Notes under the pieces: model-generated
The model's input: only the letters and a program-made list of their open reading frames with translations
Told to the model about the DNA's origin: nothing
The model's database searches: none
Translations under genes and position numbers: made by a program
In this document: positions 9,979 to 21,038 of the stretch, one piece after another
How the letters are laid out: each line of letters starts with the position of its first letter
Numbering within the stretch: the first letter of the stretch is position 1
Source: Candidatus Poribacteria bacterium
GTDB taxonomy: Bacteria; Poribacteria; WGA-4E; WGA-3G
Reading direction: 5' to 3'
Assembly: GCA_965197475.1 (NCBI GenBank)
Contig: CBDANF010000003.1
Span: forward strand, 3,328,001 to 3,392,000
DNA length: 64,000 bases

Positions 9979-11514
9979 TTAACGATCACCAATAGTTTGA
10001 ACAGAATCTTTGCCACCCAAGCAGAAAATATATCTGTCACTTGAGCCGATATATAGTTTACCGTTTGCGATAGCTGGCGAAGAATACAATTTCAACCCAT
10101 ACTCAATATCTTGCGTACCATATTCCCATTGGATGCTACCATCTTCAATATTTAGTGCGTAGATGCTACCGGATCCCGTTGCAGCGTAAACTGTATCTTG
10201 TGTAACAGCAGGTGATGATACGACGACTCCCTTGAGATAAGTTTTCCAATGGAGTTCTCCATCCGCAGCCGCGAGTGTATAGACAAAACCGTCGCGAGAT
10301 CCGAACGTAACATAATTGTTGTGGACAGCAATCGCTGTGAGAACAGCATCCCCTGCTTCGTATTCCCACACCGTGTCGCCAGTTTCGGCGTTTACAGCGA
10401 TGGCTTTTCCTCTTGGAATAGACGCACTTTCAGAAAAATCTCCTGTACCTAAGCCGAAAAAGACCAAGTTTTCGTGCGCGCTTGGGCTTCCCCAAACAGG
10501 ATACGGCATCGGTTGAGACCAGATTTCCTCACCTGTTTGTGCATCCACAGCATATAATTTATGCTGACCGTAACCGGTCCCAAAGTAGACCTTACCGTCT
10601 TTGACTAATGGGGACATATCCGCATGCACAGCAGGAAAATGCCAAATCTGTTCACCTGCGAGTGCGTCAACACAGTAGACACCATCTGCCCCTGCAGTGA
10701 AGTAAAGTCTTCCTTGGGTAATAAACGGGGTTGACTCAACATGACTTGCAGTTTTGAAACTCCAGAAAGGTTCACCCGTCTTAGCGTCAAGGCATCTGAG
10801 CCTACAGCCACTATCTAAATGAAAACCTTCACCGATGTAAACTCTACCTGCGACAACGGCGGGTGAAGAAAAGATTGGTATTTCTGAGTTGTTCTCCCAG
10901 ATGACTTTCTGCGTATCTGTATCAATACAGTAAGTTGCACCGCTAACAGAAAAAACTGCACCGCGAGTAGCACCAATATAAAGACGATTACCAACGATAG
11001 TAGGTGATGAAAGGAATTGAACCGTTTTCATACCCTTAGCTTTGAAAACCCAGGAAGGCGTTCCGCTTGTTGGACCGGGTAAGTCATCAACATGACCAGT
11101 ACGGTTTGCATTACTTCGGAACGTTGTCCATGCCGTGAGATTTCTCACATTTTCCGTACCAGTTTGCTGAGTGCCTCCATCAATTGTAGGGGTGCTTTGA
11201 TTGATTCCCTTCCCGACAAATTGAAAGGTTAAAACCGCGAGACCAATTAGCACAACCAGGCTAACAACAGAGACAATAATTCTCCGGAAAGTAAGGAAGT
11301 CTTGCACTTTGTAAAAAAGCATCTTGGTTGTGTCACGTGCAAATACAAGTGAAGTGAGAATAGCAACACCTACAAATGCAAGAATTTGCGGGATAATGCT
11401 AAGCAGCGCAGTGAGAGGCCCAAGAAGCTGTGGTATAACTGCATGCGCAGCCGTTGTGAAACAGACAAAAACCGATATGAGACTTAAAGTCAGTGTCCAT
11501 GTGGTTTTTCTCAT
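9979..11514 (-). CDS. Membrane-anchored PQQ-like (BamB-type) beta-propeller protein
   Basis: WTTFRSNANRTG and repeated SSPAV..G.VY.G / LDA.TGE..W blades; signal peptide plus two hydrophobic segments. Confidence 0.85.
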   Translation of the reverse strand: MRKTTWTLTLSLISVFVCFTTAAHAVIPQLLGPLTALLSIIPQILAFVGVAILTSLVFARDTTKMLFYKVQDFLTFRRIIVSVVSLVVLIGLAVLTFQFVGKGINQSTPTIDGGTQQTGTENVRNLTAWTTFRSNANRTGHVDDLPGPTSGTPSWVFKAKGMKTVQFLSSPTIVGNRLYIGATRGAVFSVSGATYCIDTDTQKVIWENNSEIPIFSSPAVVAGRVYIGEGFHLDSGCRLRCLDAKTGEPFWSFKTASHVESTPFITQGRLYFTAGADGVYCVDALAGEQIWHFPAVHADMSPLVKDGKVYFGTGYGQHKLYAVDAQTGEEIWSQPMPYPVWGSPSAHENLVFFGLGTGDFSESASIPRGKAIAVNAETGDTVWEYEAGDAVLTAIAVHNNYVTFGSRDGFVYTLAAADGELHWKTYLKGVVVSSPAVTQDTVYAATGSGSIYALNIEDGSIQWEYGTQDIEYGLKLYSSPAIANGKLYIGSSDRYIFCLGGKDSVQTIGDR

Positions 11515-11531
11515 ACGTTGTAACTCCCGTA

Positions 11532-12710
11532 CTATTTGGATTTTTCCAAGAATTGGACGGCAAAATGCATAAGATTCTCAAGCATAGGGCCGTTTTGAGC
11601 TGTATTTTCTTTACTATCGTTGCGAAGGTTTGTGATGAGATACATACCTTTCCCATATCTCAATTTAGCAACAACAATTTCTTTGCCGCTATTGGTAGTC
11701 GCGAGCACCTCATACTTATCGTTCCATCCATTCCATGAGTCGTCAAGTGAAAGATGTCCTGAACGGATACGGTGCGGTGCTTTAAAGAGGTCACCTGCTT
11801 TTGAAGTGGGTTGAAAATCATTCCGGTGGTCGCTTTCTACACCTTTGAGTGGCTCAGGTAACCAACCGGAACCACAGGGGCGGTTTGGATCGCTGTCTTG
11901 CCCAGAAACAATGACAATCCCGCCCTCTTTCACAAAATCTTTAATCCGTTTCTCACGGTGCTGATTTAGGAGGTACCTGCCATCATCAATTGCGCGGTAG
12001 CCGAGCCATAATATGTCAGTTTTACTGAGTCCCGGTAGATCACGATCCGTTGTCTGCTTACAAGCGATCCAACGTTTTCCCGCCTTATTAATGTTGGAGA
12101 TAACAGGAAGTTCTTCTTGATAGTTCTTTCTGTTCAGAAGAAAGAGTCGGATTACACCTCCATCAAGTATTGCGCGTACCTCTTTCTGGAATTCGGGTGT
12201 TGAATCTCTTCTCGAAACCTTATCCTTATTGAGGTATTTCTCAAAGTGAGTAAAACCCCATCTACCCCAACCTCGTTCCGGATCTTTTGTGAGTTGTAGT
12301 TGAAACCATTTCCCTCTTGTGTGCGCGAGTGCGTCAATTCGTCCTTTTTCTTGTAGGTAACAAACCACGATCGGTTCGCCTTGTTTTAGAAATCGTGCGA
12401 TCTCTCCCCTATGGTCCTCATCGCCTTTAAAGATATCAAAACGAATTCTAATCACTTCAAATTCGCTTTTACCTTTGAGGTTTTTTTCTACCTTAATATT
12501 AGCGGTCTTTCGGTTAGTGTTGACTTCTGTGATAGTTCCAAAGACAATGTTAGTACTCTCATTGGCAATTTGTGGGATGGTATAACGTACAGAAATGTAG
12601 CCATGAGCACTCAACTGTGTCAATATAAAAATACTTGCAGCAAGTACCCCTATCAAGTTATAACGTTTGCGTTTTATATTTTGTTTATATACCGATTTTA
12701 GATTTTGCAC
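11532..12710 (-). CDS. Secreted two-domain hypothetical protein; C-terminal domain similar to 6908-7696
   Basis: Signal-like N-terminus; DFVKEGG, WLPEPL, YGKGMYL, MLENLMHF align by eye with the 6908 ORF. Confidence 0.7.
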   Translation of the reverse strand: MQNLKSVYKQNIKRKRYNLIGVLAASIFILTQLSAHGYISVRYTIPQIANESTNIVFGTITEVNTNRKTANIKVEKNLKGKSEFEVIRIRFDIFKGDEDHRGEIARFLKQGEPIVVCYLQEKGRIDALAHTRGKWFQLQLTKDPERGWGRWGFTHFEKYLNKDKVSRRDSTPEFQKEVRAILDGGVIRLFLLNRKNYQEELPVISNINKAGKRWIACKQTTDRDLPGLSKTDILWLGYRAIDDGRYLLNQHREKRIKDFVKEGGIVIVSGQDSDPNRPCGSGWLPEPLKGVESDHRNDFQPTSKAGDLFKAPHRIRSGHLSLDDSWNGWNDKYEVLATTNSGKEIVVAKLRYGKGMYLITNLRNDSKENTAQNGPMLENLMHFAVQFLEKSK

Positions 12711-12762
12711 TGAAATTCCCTCCTAAGAAATTCTGTTTTTAGTTGCGATTTTATGTTTGTTA

Positions 12763-12883
12763 CAGGACTTACGCATTCCCCCTTGATAAGGGGGTTAGGG
12801 GGGTTAAATAAGCAGAATTTTGGTATTTTAACCCCCCTAACCCCCTTATCAGGGGGACTTTAAGAGGAAATGCGTAAGTCCTG
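12763..12883. mobile_element. MITE-like palindromic element, copy 2
   Basis: Same TIR CAGGACTTACGCA / TGCGTAAGTCCTG, opposite orientation to copy 1, flanking direct repeat TGTTA. Confidence 0.85.
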
Positions 12884-12987
12884 TGTTATAGTAAACAATT
12901 GATTATAGGACTTACAAAATTTGGAGTGCATGCAAATTGTGCGTGCATTCAAAGAACCTGCGAAAGCAGCAGAGAGATAAGTCCAAT

Positions 12988-13307
12988 TTATTTAAGCTTA
13001 ACAGCAGTTCCGGTTGCTGTTACCATCAGCATGCCGTTACTGGCACAAGCACCTGATAGTCAATGTCAATACCGACGACAGCGTCTGCCCCTTGACGTTG
13101 CGCTATCTCCTGCATTTCTCGGATTGCGGTCTCACGTGCATCAGCAAGTTTACTTTCATAAGTTTTGGATCGTCCGCCAATCATATCTGTAATGCCAGCG
13201 AGAAAATCACGAAAGATATTCGCGCCCATAATCGCCTCACCTGTCACTAAACCAAGATATTGTCCGATTTGCCTGCCTTCAATCGTATTGGTCGTTGTTG
13301 TGATCAT
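12988..13307 (-). CDS. ybjQ: YbjQ/UPF0145 family protein with a 1-nt frameshift near the C-terminus
   Basis: [43 protein letters not shown]. The expected tail [18 protein letters not shown] continues in another frame to TAA at 12988. Start overlaps the upstream stop (TAATG). Confidence 0.85.
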
Positions 13308-14416
13308 TATTGTGCTCTCCCTCTTGCGGTAATTTCCCACACAGATTCGACAATGTCGTTTCGGAGGCCGTAATATTTGTCGTGAAGATTAACAGTTGTA
13401 CAACAGTGAGTAGGTAATATTTCCAGTTTCTCCCCCGGTATCAGAGGAATATTTGTATCGGTAGCCTGCATTTTGCCATGCTCTTCGGAAAGTCCGGTCA
13501 TTTCAAGACCTTGAATCCCAATCGGTTGCGGAATACCGAACTCCTTCGTAAGCACTTTCAGGCCTGCATCTACAATAATGCGGTTTTGTTCGGGACGACT
13601 GACGACGGTCGCCAAAACTGATAAGGCACAATTGAACTTCTCCCCAACACCTTCAACATTGCGATAAGTAGAATCCATAAAGACGTATGAACCTGCCTGC
13701 ACCTCTGTCATTTCGGGAATGCTCCCTGTAATATCAAAGGTCCCAGTGCCACCCCCGCTCATAATTGAAACTTCTATTCCATGCTTTTCAAGAAAATGTT
13801 TTGTTTCAATCAAGTGTTGCATTGATTCGCGTGTTGAAACCTCCCGCTCAGTTCGGTTTGGATTTGCGACGGTATGTCCCTCATATCCCATCAATCCTTC
13901 AAACTTCAAGTTTGGACTCTTGCACACTTGATGTGCCAACTCAAGTGTTGCTTTACCGGGTTCAACGCCACACCGCTTCATGCCGATGTTGACTTCCACT
14001 AAAATTCTTATCGTTACACCTTTTGCTAATGCGGCTTCGGAAATTGCTTGCACATTCTGTGCGTTATCCACAGCAACCATAATTTCCGAGTGCTTTGCGA
14101 GATTGATGAGGCGCGCTATTTTTTGTGTGCCAACAATCTGATTGGCAATTAGAACATCTCGGATGCCAGCATGAACGACTGCCTCTGCTTCCCCCAATTT
14201 TGCGCATGTAACGCCGATAGCACCTGCAGCAATCTGTTTATGCGCGATAATCGGTGTTTTATGTGTTTTGAGGTGAGGTCTCAAGTCCGCGTTGACAGAC
14301 GTGAAATAATCCGCCATCTTCCGGATATTGGCTTCCATTTTATCCAGATCAATTAACAACGCAGGCGTATCCAATTCCGTTTTGTGCCTACCGATATATG
14401 GCACACTGTTTTGCAT
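13307..14416 (-). CDS. DSD1-family PLP-dependent enzyme (D-threonine aldolase / D-serine dehydratase-like)
   Basis: [63 protein letters not shown]. Confidence 0.92.
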   Translation of the reverse strand: MQNSVPYIGRHKTELDTPALLIDLDKMEANIRKMADYFTSVNADLRPHLKTHKTPIIAHKQIAAGAIGVTCAKLGEAEAVVHAGIRDVLIANQIVGTQKIARLINLAKHSEIMVAVDNAQNVQAISEAALAKGVTIRILVEVNIGMKRCGVEPGKATLELAHQVCKSPNLKFEGLMGYEGHTVANPNRTEREVSTRESMQHLIETKHFLEKHGIEVSIMSGGGTGTFDITGSIPEMTEVQAGSYVFMDSTYRNVEGVGEKFNCALSVLATVVSRPEQNRIIVDAGLKVLTKEFGIPQPIGIQGLEMTGLSEEHGKMQATDTNIPLIPGEKLEILPTHCCTTVNLHDKYYGLRNDIVESVWEITARGRAQ

Positions 14417-14445
14417 ACATCACCCCTCTGGCATACAACACCTCT

Positions 14446-15399
14446 TTAGAGTTGTTTCACAGGATTCAAAAGCGTACCGAAACCTTCAACTTCAATTTGC
14501 ACGACATCGTTCGGGGCAAGCGGCAAATCATTTGGAACGATAATTCCGGTACCAGTGGAAACGACAGTGCCAAACGGGATCGGGTTATCACGCATCAAAA
14601 ACTCAGTGAGTTGTTCAAACTTCCAGTTAATTTGGGACGTGTTTACTTCACCTACGTAAATCTCTTTTTCTTCACGAAGGATAGTACACTTCATCTGCAG
14701 ACTGTATGGATTATCTACTTCAGAAGTCGTTAGGAACATGGGACCGAGTGCACAACATCCATAATATATTTTTGATTGCGGCAGATAGAGTGGATTGTCG
14801 CTCTCAATATCCCAAGCAGACACATCGTTGCAGAGGGTGTATCCGATGATGTCACCGTCGGCACCAAGAATATAAGCGATCTCTGGTTCTGCTGCTGTCA
14901 GAACAGAATCACTGCGGATACCTATAAAACCGTTTGGCCCAACACAACGTGGTGGTGTCGCTTTGAAAAAGATTTCAGGTCTATCAGCGTAGTAAACACG
15001 GCTGTAAATATCTTGTTCGCTATCGTCGTCGCGCATATCCGCGCTGCGTTTGTAGGTAACTCCACATCCCCATACCTCAGGGGCATCTATTGGGACCAGT
15101 AAGTGCGGAATTTTTTCATCAGGTGAAACGTCCAATTTCTCTAAGGTCAATCCATTATCTTCGTCTGATGTTGGTTCAGCACCGTGGAGTGCGGTAAACC
15201 GCATCGGTGGTGGCGGTGATACCTTTTCTTGGATATCTGCCAAAAGCACGCCCAGAGTCACCCGTTCTTTATAGGCGAGTTCCAACACCTCTAATACACC
15301 GGGTGATTCGTCACTCGTCACGTCAATAACTTCGTTTTCACGGGTGACAATCCCGACTCGCTTACCTAAGTTAGGTAAGTGAAATTGGATCAGTTTCAT
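14446..15399 (-). CDS. Fumarylacetoacetate hydrolase family protein, 2-keto-3-deoxy-pentonate dehydratase-like
   Basis: EVWGCGVTYKRS, YSRVYYADRPEIFFKAT, EPE, NDVSAWDIESDNPLYLPQSK, STGTGIIVP. Confidence 0.88.
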   Translation of the reverse strand: MKLIQFHLPNLGKRVGIVTRENEVIDVTSDESPGVLEVLELAYKERVTLGVLLADIQEKVSPPPPMRFTALHGAEPTSDEDNGLTLEKLDVSPDEKIPHLLVPIDAPEVWGCGVTYKRSADMRDDDSEQDIYSRVYYADRPEIFFKATPPRCVGPNGFIGIRSDSVLTAAEPEIAYILGADGDIIGYTLCNDVSAWDIESDNPLYLPQSKIYYGCCALGPMFLTTSEVDNPYSLQMKCTILREEKEIYVGEVNTSQINWKFEQLTEFLMRDNPIPFGTVVSTGTGIIVPNDLPLAPNDVVQIEVEGFGTLLNPVKQL

Positions 15400-15477
15400 A
15401 ATTCTCCAAACATTTCCGATGATTTTTGCGAAGCAAGCGTGTCATTACATCAAGTGGCTTCGTAGATTTACTTAAGG

Positions 15478-16095
15478 TTAATTTTCCGATGGGACCAAAG
15501 CCGTTTTCTCAAGAAACCTAATAACCTTCAGTGCGGATTCAAAAACAGACAGTTCTGCAGTGTTCACAACAACCTCCGGCTTGTGAGGTGCTTCATAGGG
15601 AGCACTGATACCAGTAAATTCTTTAATTTCTCCAGAACGTGCTTTTTTGTATAGACCTTTCGGGTCGCGTTCTTCGCAAACATCAAGCGGACACTCAACA
15701 AAGACTTCAACGAACCTATTTTCAGCAATGAGACCTCTTGCTTGGTCACGGTCGGCGCGGTATGGCGAAATGAATGCTGTCATAACGATAGTGCCTGCAT
15801 CGACAAAAAGTTTTGCCACTTCACCGACTCGGCGAATATTTTCTTCACGGTCTTCCGGAGAGAAGCCTAAATTTTTGTTCAATCCATGGCGGACATTGTC
15901 GCCATCTAAGACATAAGTGTGATGCTTGCGCTCATGTAATAGGTGCGCCACTGCATTTGCCAATGTTGATTTTCCTGAACCGGAGAGGCCTGTAAACCAT
16001 ACGACACAACCTTTTTGGTTGAGGAGTTCTTCCCTGTCTTCCACTGTGACAGTAGTTTCATGCCACGTAATATTAGTTGCTTTCTGTTCTGGCAA
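15478..16095 (-). CDS. cysC: Adenylyl-sulfate kinase
   Basis: [54 protein letters not shown]. Confidence 0.97.
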   Translation of the reverse strand: MPEQKATNITWHETTVTVEDREELLNQKGCVVWFTGLSGSGKSTLANAVAHLLHERKHHTYVLDGDNVRHGLNKNLGFSPEDREENIRRVGEVAKLFVDAGTIVMTAFISPYRADRDQARGLIAENRFVEVFVECPLDVCEERDPKGLYKKARSGEIKEFTGISAPYEAPHKPEVVVNTAELSVFESALKVIRFLEKTALVPSEN

Positions 16096-16434
16096 TCGAT
16101 TGTTCCTCGTGATTTCGTGATAGTAAAAGGGTTATCAATTTTCCCAAAATGCTTTACGGGTATTGCCCTTGAATCATATTTTGTAAAAAGAATACACTTG
16201 CAGTATAGTATATCAGAAGTTGGTATGAAGTGCAAACTTTTATTGAGAGATTATGTTTCATTAATTATACGACCCCAAAATCGTGAATTGCAACAGTTTT
16301 TAAGGCATTTTCAAACCTTCTTGGATATAATTTGTAGAACAATTGCATAAATCGTAATAGAATGGTTTTTGGCAACTAGTTGTCTTCAGTTCTTCAGTAA
16401 AACTGTTGAGATAATCTTCAAAGAGAGGACATAA

Positions 16435-18285
16435 ATGTTTGACGATGATCCTAATTCTCATAACATAGAATCAGAATCTCGCACTTCTGCACTAAAGACA
16501 CTACGACGCTTTTTCTTCGTCGCTTGGAAGGTCAGCCCCGTTAGAACGATTGCACAAGTTCTTTTTTCACTCGTAGATGGGTGTTTTCCTATTGGCACGC
16601 TCTGGGCAAGCCGCGGGTTGGTGAATGTGATTGTTGCGATCCTCGCGAACGAGGCGGCACCGAGTCTACAGACAGCAGCACCTTGGGTCATCGCTTTAGT
16701 TGTTTTGGCACTCGCGCGAAGTCTTACGGGGACATGCGCGGGATACGTGACGTGGCAGTTGCAGCACAGAATTGAAAACTATCATCACCGTGTCTTAATT
16801 GAAGCCGCGACCCAGATTAATTTCGTTGTTTTTGATCAACCACAGACGTATGATTTGATACAACGCGCACGCAAAGCCTTTGAACACCGTCTCACCAATC
16901 TCCTGCTATTTCTAACGGAAATTGGCAAACTCTTTGCAACGCTTGTGGGGTACGGTGTGATTCTATGGATCGTGGACCCGATTCTTGTGTTGGTGGTGTT
17001 ACCGGCGATTCCATCCGCTTGGCTGAAAATTAGGGCTGCCCAAACGGGATATATCTACGATTATGACGCGACACCGATCCGTCGTATGATGCGGTACATA
17101 CTTGATCTTCTATTGGGTCCTGCTTCTGGACAAGAAGTCCGGCTATTCGGTCTTTTCGATCGACTTTGGGGACGATAGCGGACAAACCATCAAACGTGGC
17201 GGAAAGAGGAGTTTGGGAAGATATGGACAGAGATAAGGGCTTCTATCGGCACAACCGTTGCTGAACTCGCTGCCTACTCGGTTGCTATTTTTATTCTTGC
17301 GGCTCAAATTGTTGATGGGCAGTTAACGCTTGGAGATTATGTTGTTCTCACCGCTGCCGCAACAAGTTTTCAAGGTATTCTTGCGGGGTTGCTTCGGGAA
17401 ATAGAACACATTTTTCAGGATTTGCCGTTGCTTCGCGATTTGCATCTCTTTCTTGAAAGTGCCGAAAAGAATCGCTCACAGGCAGGGACTGAAAGGTTTC
17501 CTAAGCCACTACAAGAGGGTGTGACGGTGCGTAATCTCCGATTCCGATATCCGAAATCGGACGACGATGTGCTACAGGACATAAACTTTCATGTGCGTCC
17601 CGGTGAGATTATTAGCATCGTGGGAGCAAACGGTGCTGGGAAGTCAACGCTTATTAAACTATTGCTCGGTCTATATCAGCCAGATGATGGGGCGATCTGC
17701 TACGATGGGGTAGATGTCGTGTCTATTGCGCCCGATCAGTTTGCGCGCAACTGTGCAGCTGTTTTCCAAGATTTTACGCGGTTTCGGCATCCTGTGCGGG
17801 AGGAACTTGTCCCAGGTCCCCCGAACTTCCATATCAACGACGACGCGCTTTGGGATGTCGTGAATGCACTCGGGTTGGCGGATCGCTTTAAAACTTTCCC
17901 GCGCGGTTTAGATACATTCCTTGACCCTTCGCTCGGTGAAGAGGGTGATGGTGCTGAACTGTCTGGTGGGGAATGGCAAAAGATTGCACTCGCGCGGGCG
18001 TTGGTACGAAATCCGCAGGTACTTGTCCTCGATGAACCGACTGCCGCACTGGACCCTGAGGCTGAGGTCGAACTCTATCAGCAGTTCCTTCAACTCGTTG
18101 GGGGGCGGATGACGTTTCTTATTTCGCATCGGATTGGCTCTACCCGTCTTGCAGACCGTATCTTGATATTGGACGGTGGCAGGATTGTTGAAGATGGCAC
18201 ACATGAAGAATTGCTTGCTGAAAATGGACTCTATACGCGCTTTTTTAAGGCACAAGCACGTTGGTACCAGAAGGATTCTCGTTGA
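16435..18285 (+). pseudogene. ABC exporter (TMD+NBD) interrupted by an in-frame TAG
   Basis: ORFs 16435-17178 and 17389-18285 are in the same frame with a single TAG at 17176-17178, where the paralog has Trp. GANGAGKST, LSGGEWQKIALAR, LDEPT, SHR motifs. Confidence 0.85.
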
Positions 18286-18289
18286 TTTA

Positions 18290-18565
18290 AAGGTAGCAGG
18301 CACACGCCGTAGGTCTCCGTCCGTTTCTCTTGTAGGAGGTGTTTGCAACGCAGATTTCTTCTGTAGGCAATCTGTTAGATTGCGTTCAATTATGTTGGGT
18401 TTCGCATGCTCTACCAACCTACAGACTGCAATAGGGAGTCGTTTTCGCAAGATTACCGGAATATGCATTGACAGTACCGAGAAAGTCAACCGTCAACAAT
18501 CCTGAAAATCCTGAAAATCCTGGTTCAGACAAAAGAGGCGAGGCACAGAGACCCTGTCCTACAAT
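18290..18565. repeat. Cluster of REP-like short palindromes and ATCCTGAAA tandem repeats
   Basis: Several units starting GTAG or ending CTAC, e.g. GTTGGGTTTCGCATGCTCTACCAACCTAC, plus ATCCTGAAAATCCTGAAAATCCTGGTTCAGACAA. Confidence 0.6.
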
Positions 18566-18603
18566 GTTAACCGTATTCTGATAGTCATTCAAAAGGTATA
18601 ACA

Positions 18604-20475
18604 ATGCAAAAAGGAACAGAACAGACAGGAAAATGGTGGCGAGCTGCGAAGGAAGGGATACGCGCCTACGCACGCACTTTTGGTATCATTTGGAAGAGTG
18701 GTGCGCTAATCCTCTTGTTCCTGTTGATCATCACACTCATAATGGGGGTTCTGCCTGCTGGCGAGTTCTTCGTGATTGAGCATTTGGTCAATGCTATTAC
18801 CGACGCGATCGGTGATCCAAAATGGTGGCAACAAGTGGTCCCCTGGTTACTCGGAATGGTAGGTCTCCAACTTTTTAGACTTTTTGTGAGCCATTTAAAA
18901 GAACCACTGAGTACCCACCTCAGAGAAAAAATAGAAGTGATGATTAACGAAGGGATCGCCCGCAAAGCAGATGCTACTGAATTGGTGGAATTACAGACAG
19001 GAGAATTTCAGAACACGTTGGCACGTGCGCGTTCCATTTCGGGTCTCAATTTTGATGAAGTTCTATGGAATCTCGTTGAGAGCCTTCAAGACTTAATTAG
19101 TGTGGTGACACTTGGTATTGTGCTCTGGAATTATCATCCATTGCTGACGTTTCTGCCCGCGTTTTCGGGCATTGTTTCTTGGTGGAGTCGTTTGCGTTTT
19201 GCAGCAGATCATTACATTTTCATGGTCGGACATACGCCGCATGAGCGAGAACGGGGCGCATTGGAAGGGCTTCTGACGGATCGCGGTGCTGGCAAGGAAG
19301 TTCGGTTATACCAAACGCAGGAGATTTGGATTGCGCGGTGGCAAAAGTTGTGGGATATGTTGATACAAGGGAAAGGCGCAATTGAAAGGCGTAAGTTCTT
19401 CGCACATCTTTCCCTCGACATTCTACGAGGTGTTTTGTATGCGGGGTCCCTTATTTTTCTGTTGCAGCCTGTCTTCCGTGGAGGACTAACGCTCGGCACC
19501 TATATTGCCGCCGCCGCCGCTACGCTTCAATTGGAGGGTCTCTGGAACAGCATCGCCATGTATTTTAATTGGATAGCAGATGATATGCGCCGATTATCCG
19601 GTGATTTGTATCCATTTTTAGACAAAGAATTAGACACCGCGTCGCAGAAAGATGATTTATCAACATCAAAAGGGAAAGTTCCATCTGCTGTGGAACCTCA
19701 GTCTGACATTGCTTCAACACATTTTCCGGCAACACAAGGTATTGTGTTAGAGAATGTTTCGTTCTTCTATCCCAATGCCCGAGAATCGGCATTGAATAAC
19801 ATAACGTTGACATTCAAAGTCGGTGAACGCGTCGCACTCGTTGGACCTAACGGGGCAGGGAAAACTACATTAGCTCGATTATTGCTCGGGCTCTACCGTC
19901 CGCACACCGGCATCATTCGTATAGGAGATGTGCCATTAGATACAGAAAATCGTCCCGATTGGATGAAACATTGTAGTGCGGTGTTTCAGGATTTCACGAA
20001 GTATCATCTCACTGTAAACGAGAATATTGTCTTTGGGGATATAGAACATCCGGATCGGATGGAGGTGGCTGCTGCATCCGGTGGTGCTGTTTCGGTTATT
20101 GACGGGCTTTCGGATGGGTATGACACAATGCTCGGACCCACATTCGGTGGACGCGACCTTTCTGGTGGCGAATGGCAGCGGATCGCGACTGCCCGAAGTT
20201 TTATGCGGGAAACGCCGTGGATCGTCGTGCTTGATGAACCTACCGCCGCACTTGACCCGTTAGCGGAACAAGCGGTTTATGAACAATTTATTGAACGCGG
20301 TGTCGGGCGGGCATCGGTATTGATTTCGCACCGTTTATCTTCGGTACGCACCTGCGATCGGATTCTTGTGCTTGATAACGGCACCATTGTTGAGGATGGC
20401 AGCCATGTGACGTTATTGGAAAATGATGGGCTGTATGCCCGGCTTTTTAATGCGCAAGCACAATGGTACGTTTAA
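18604..20475 (+). CDS. ABC exporter (TMD+NBD), paralog of the upstream pseudogene
   Basis: GPNGAGKTT, LSGGEWQRIATAR, LDEPTAALDP, ISHRLS; hydrophobic N-terminal half. Confidence 0.93.
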   Translation: MQKGTEQTGKWWRAAKEGIRAYARTFGIIWKSGALILLFLLIITLIMGVLPAGEFFVIEHLVNAITDAIGDPKWWQQVVPWLLGMVGLQLFRLFVSHLKEPLSTHLREKIEVMINEGIARKADATELVELQTGEFQNTLARARSISGLNFDEVLWNLVESLQDLISVVTLGIVLWNYHPLLTFLPAFSGIVSWWSRLRFAADHYIFMVGHTPHERERGALEGLLTDRGAGKEVRLYQTQEIWIARWQKLWDMLIQGKGAIERRKFFAHLSLDILRGVLYAGSLIFLLQPVFRGGLTLGTYIAAAAATLQLEGLWNSIAMYFNWIADDMRRLSGDLYPFLDKELDTASQKDDLSTSKGKVPSAVEPQSDIASTHFPATQGIVLENVSFFYPNARESALNNITLTFKVGERVALVGPNGAGKTTLARLLLGLYRPHTGIIRIGDVPLDTENRPDWMKHCSAVFQDFTKYHLTVNENIVFGDIEHPDRMEVAAASGGAVSVIDGLSDGYDTMLGPTFGGRDLSGGEWQRIATARSFMRETPWIVVLDEPTAALDPLAEQAVYEQFIERGVGRASVLISHRLSSVRTCDRILVLDNGTIVEDGSHVTLLENDGLYARLFNAQAQWYV

Positions 20476-21038
20476 GGCATTGATTCACTGGTCACGACTG
20501 TATACACGCGCCTGTCTGAATCGCGGATTTCTTAAGAAGAACGCGTTTGTAGTCGCGCAATTCATTGCGCCTGTTTTTAACACTTTTTTAGGTATTTTCT
20601 TACGCATTTAGATTATGAAAACTGATAACTGAATGGTTTCTGGGAAAAGTAGGCTAATACCATTTCTAAGAGATTGTATTGCATTATTTCGTCCGTCGGG
20701 TAGAGCTTGCGATACCCTTATGCGTCAATTTTAGTGTTATGCGGTGGAAAAATGGACACCTGTCGCCCCTCTGGGGCTTGGTAAACACAGACATCAGCTG
20801 CTGGACACCTCATGCAGCATGCCATACGCGCATGCTGCATCTCCGAGGCTATAGTCAATCGTATCTGAGCACCAGCGGTGCGAAAGGTGTATGGTATAAA
20901 ACAAGCTATTATGATATGTTGTCAATTAGATATGGTATAACATTCGGAAAATGGTATAATTTCTTAGCCTTTAAAACCCTGAGCAGATAAAAGTTGAACA
21001 TCCAACCTAAACGCATTGTAAAAGGAGATAGCATTCAG

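Noticed and set aside
17176-17178. Pyrrolysine or stop-codon reassignment
   Set aside because: The position aligns to Trp in the paralog and TAG terminates ordinary genes such as folD, hisF and msrA.
20679-20990. 103-aa ORF between the ABC gene and the nitrilase
   Set aside because: Lies in repeat-rich intergenic DNA with no RBS or recognisable domain.
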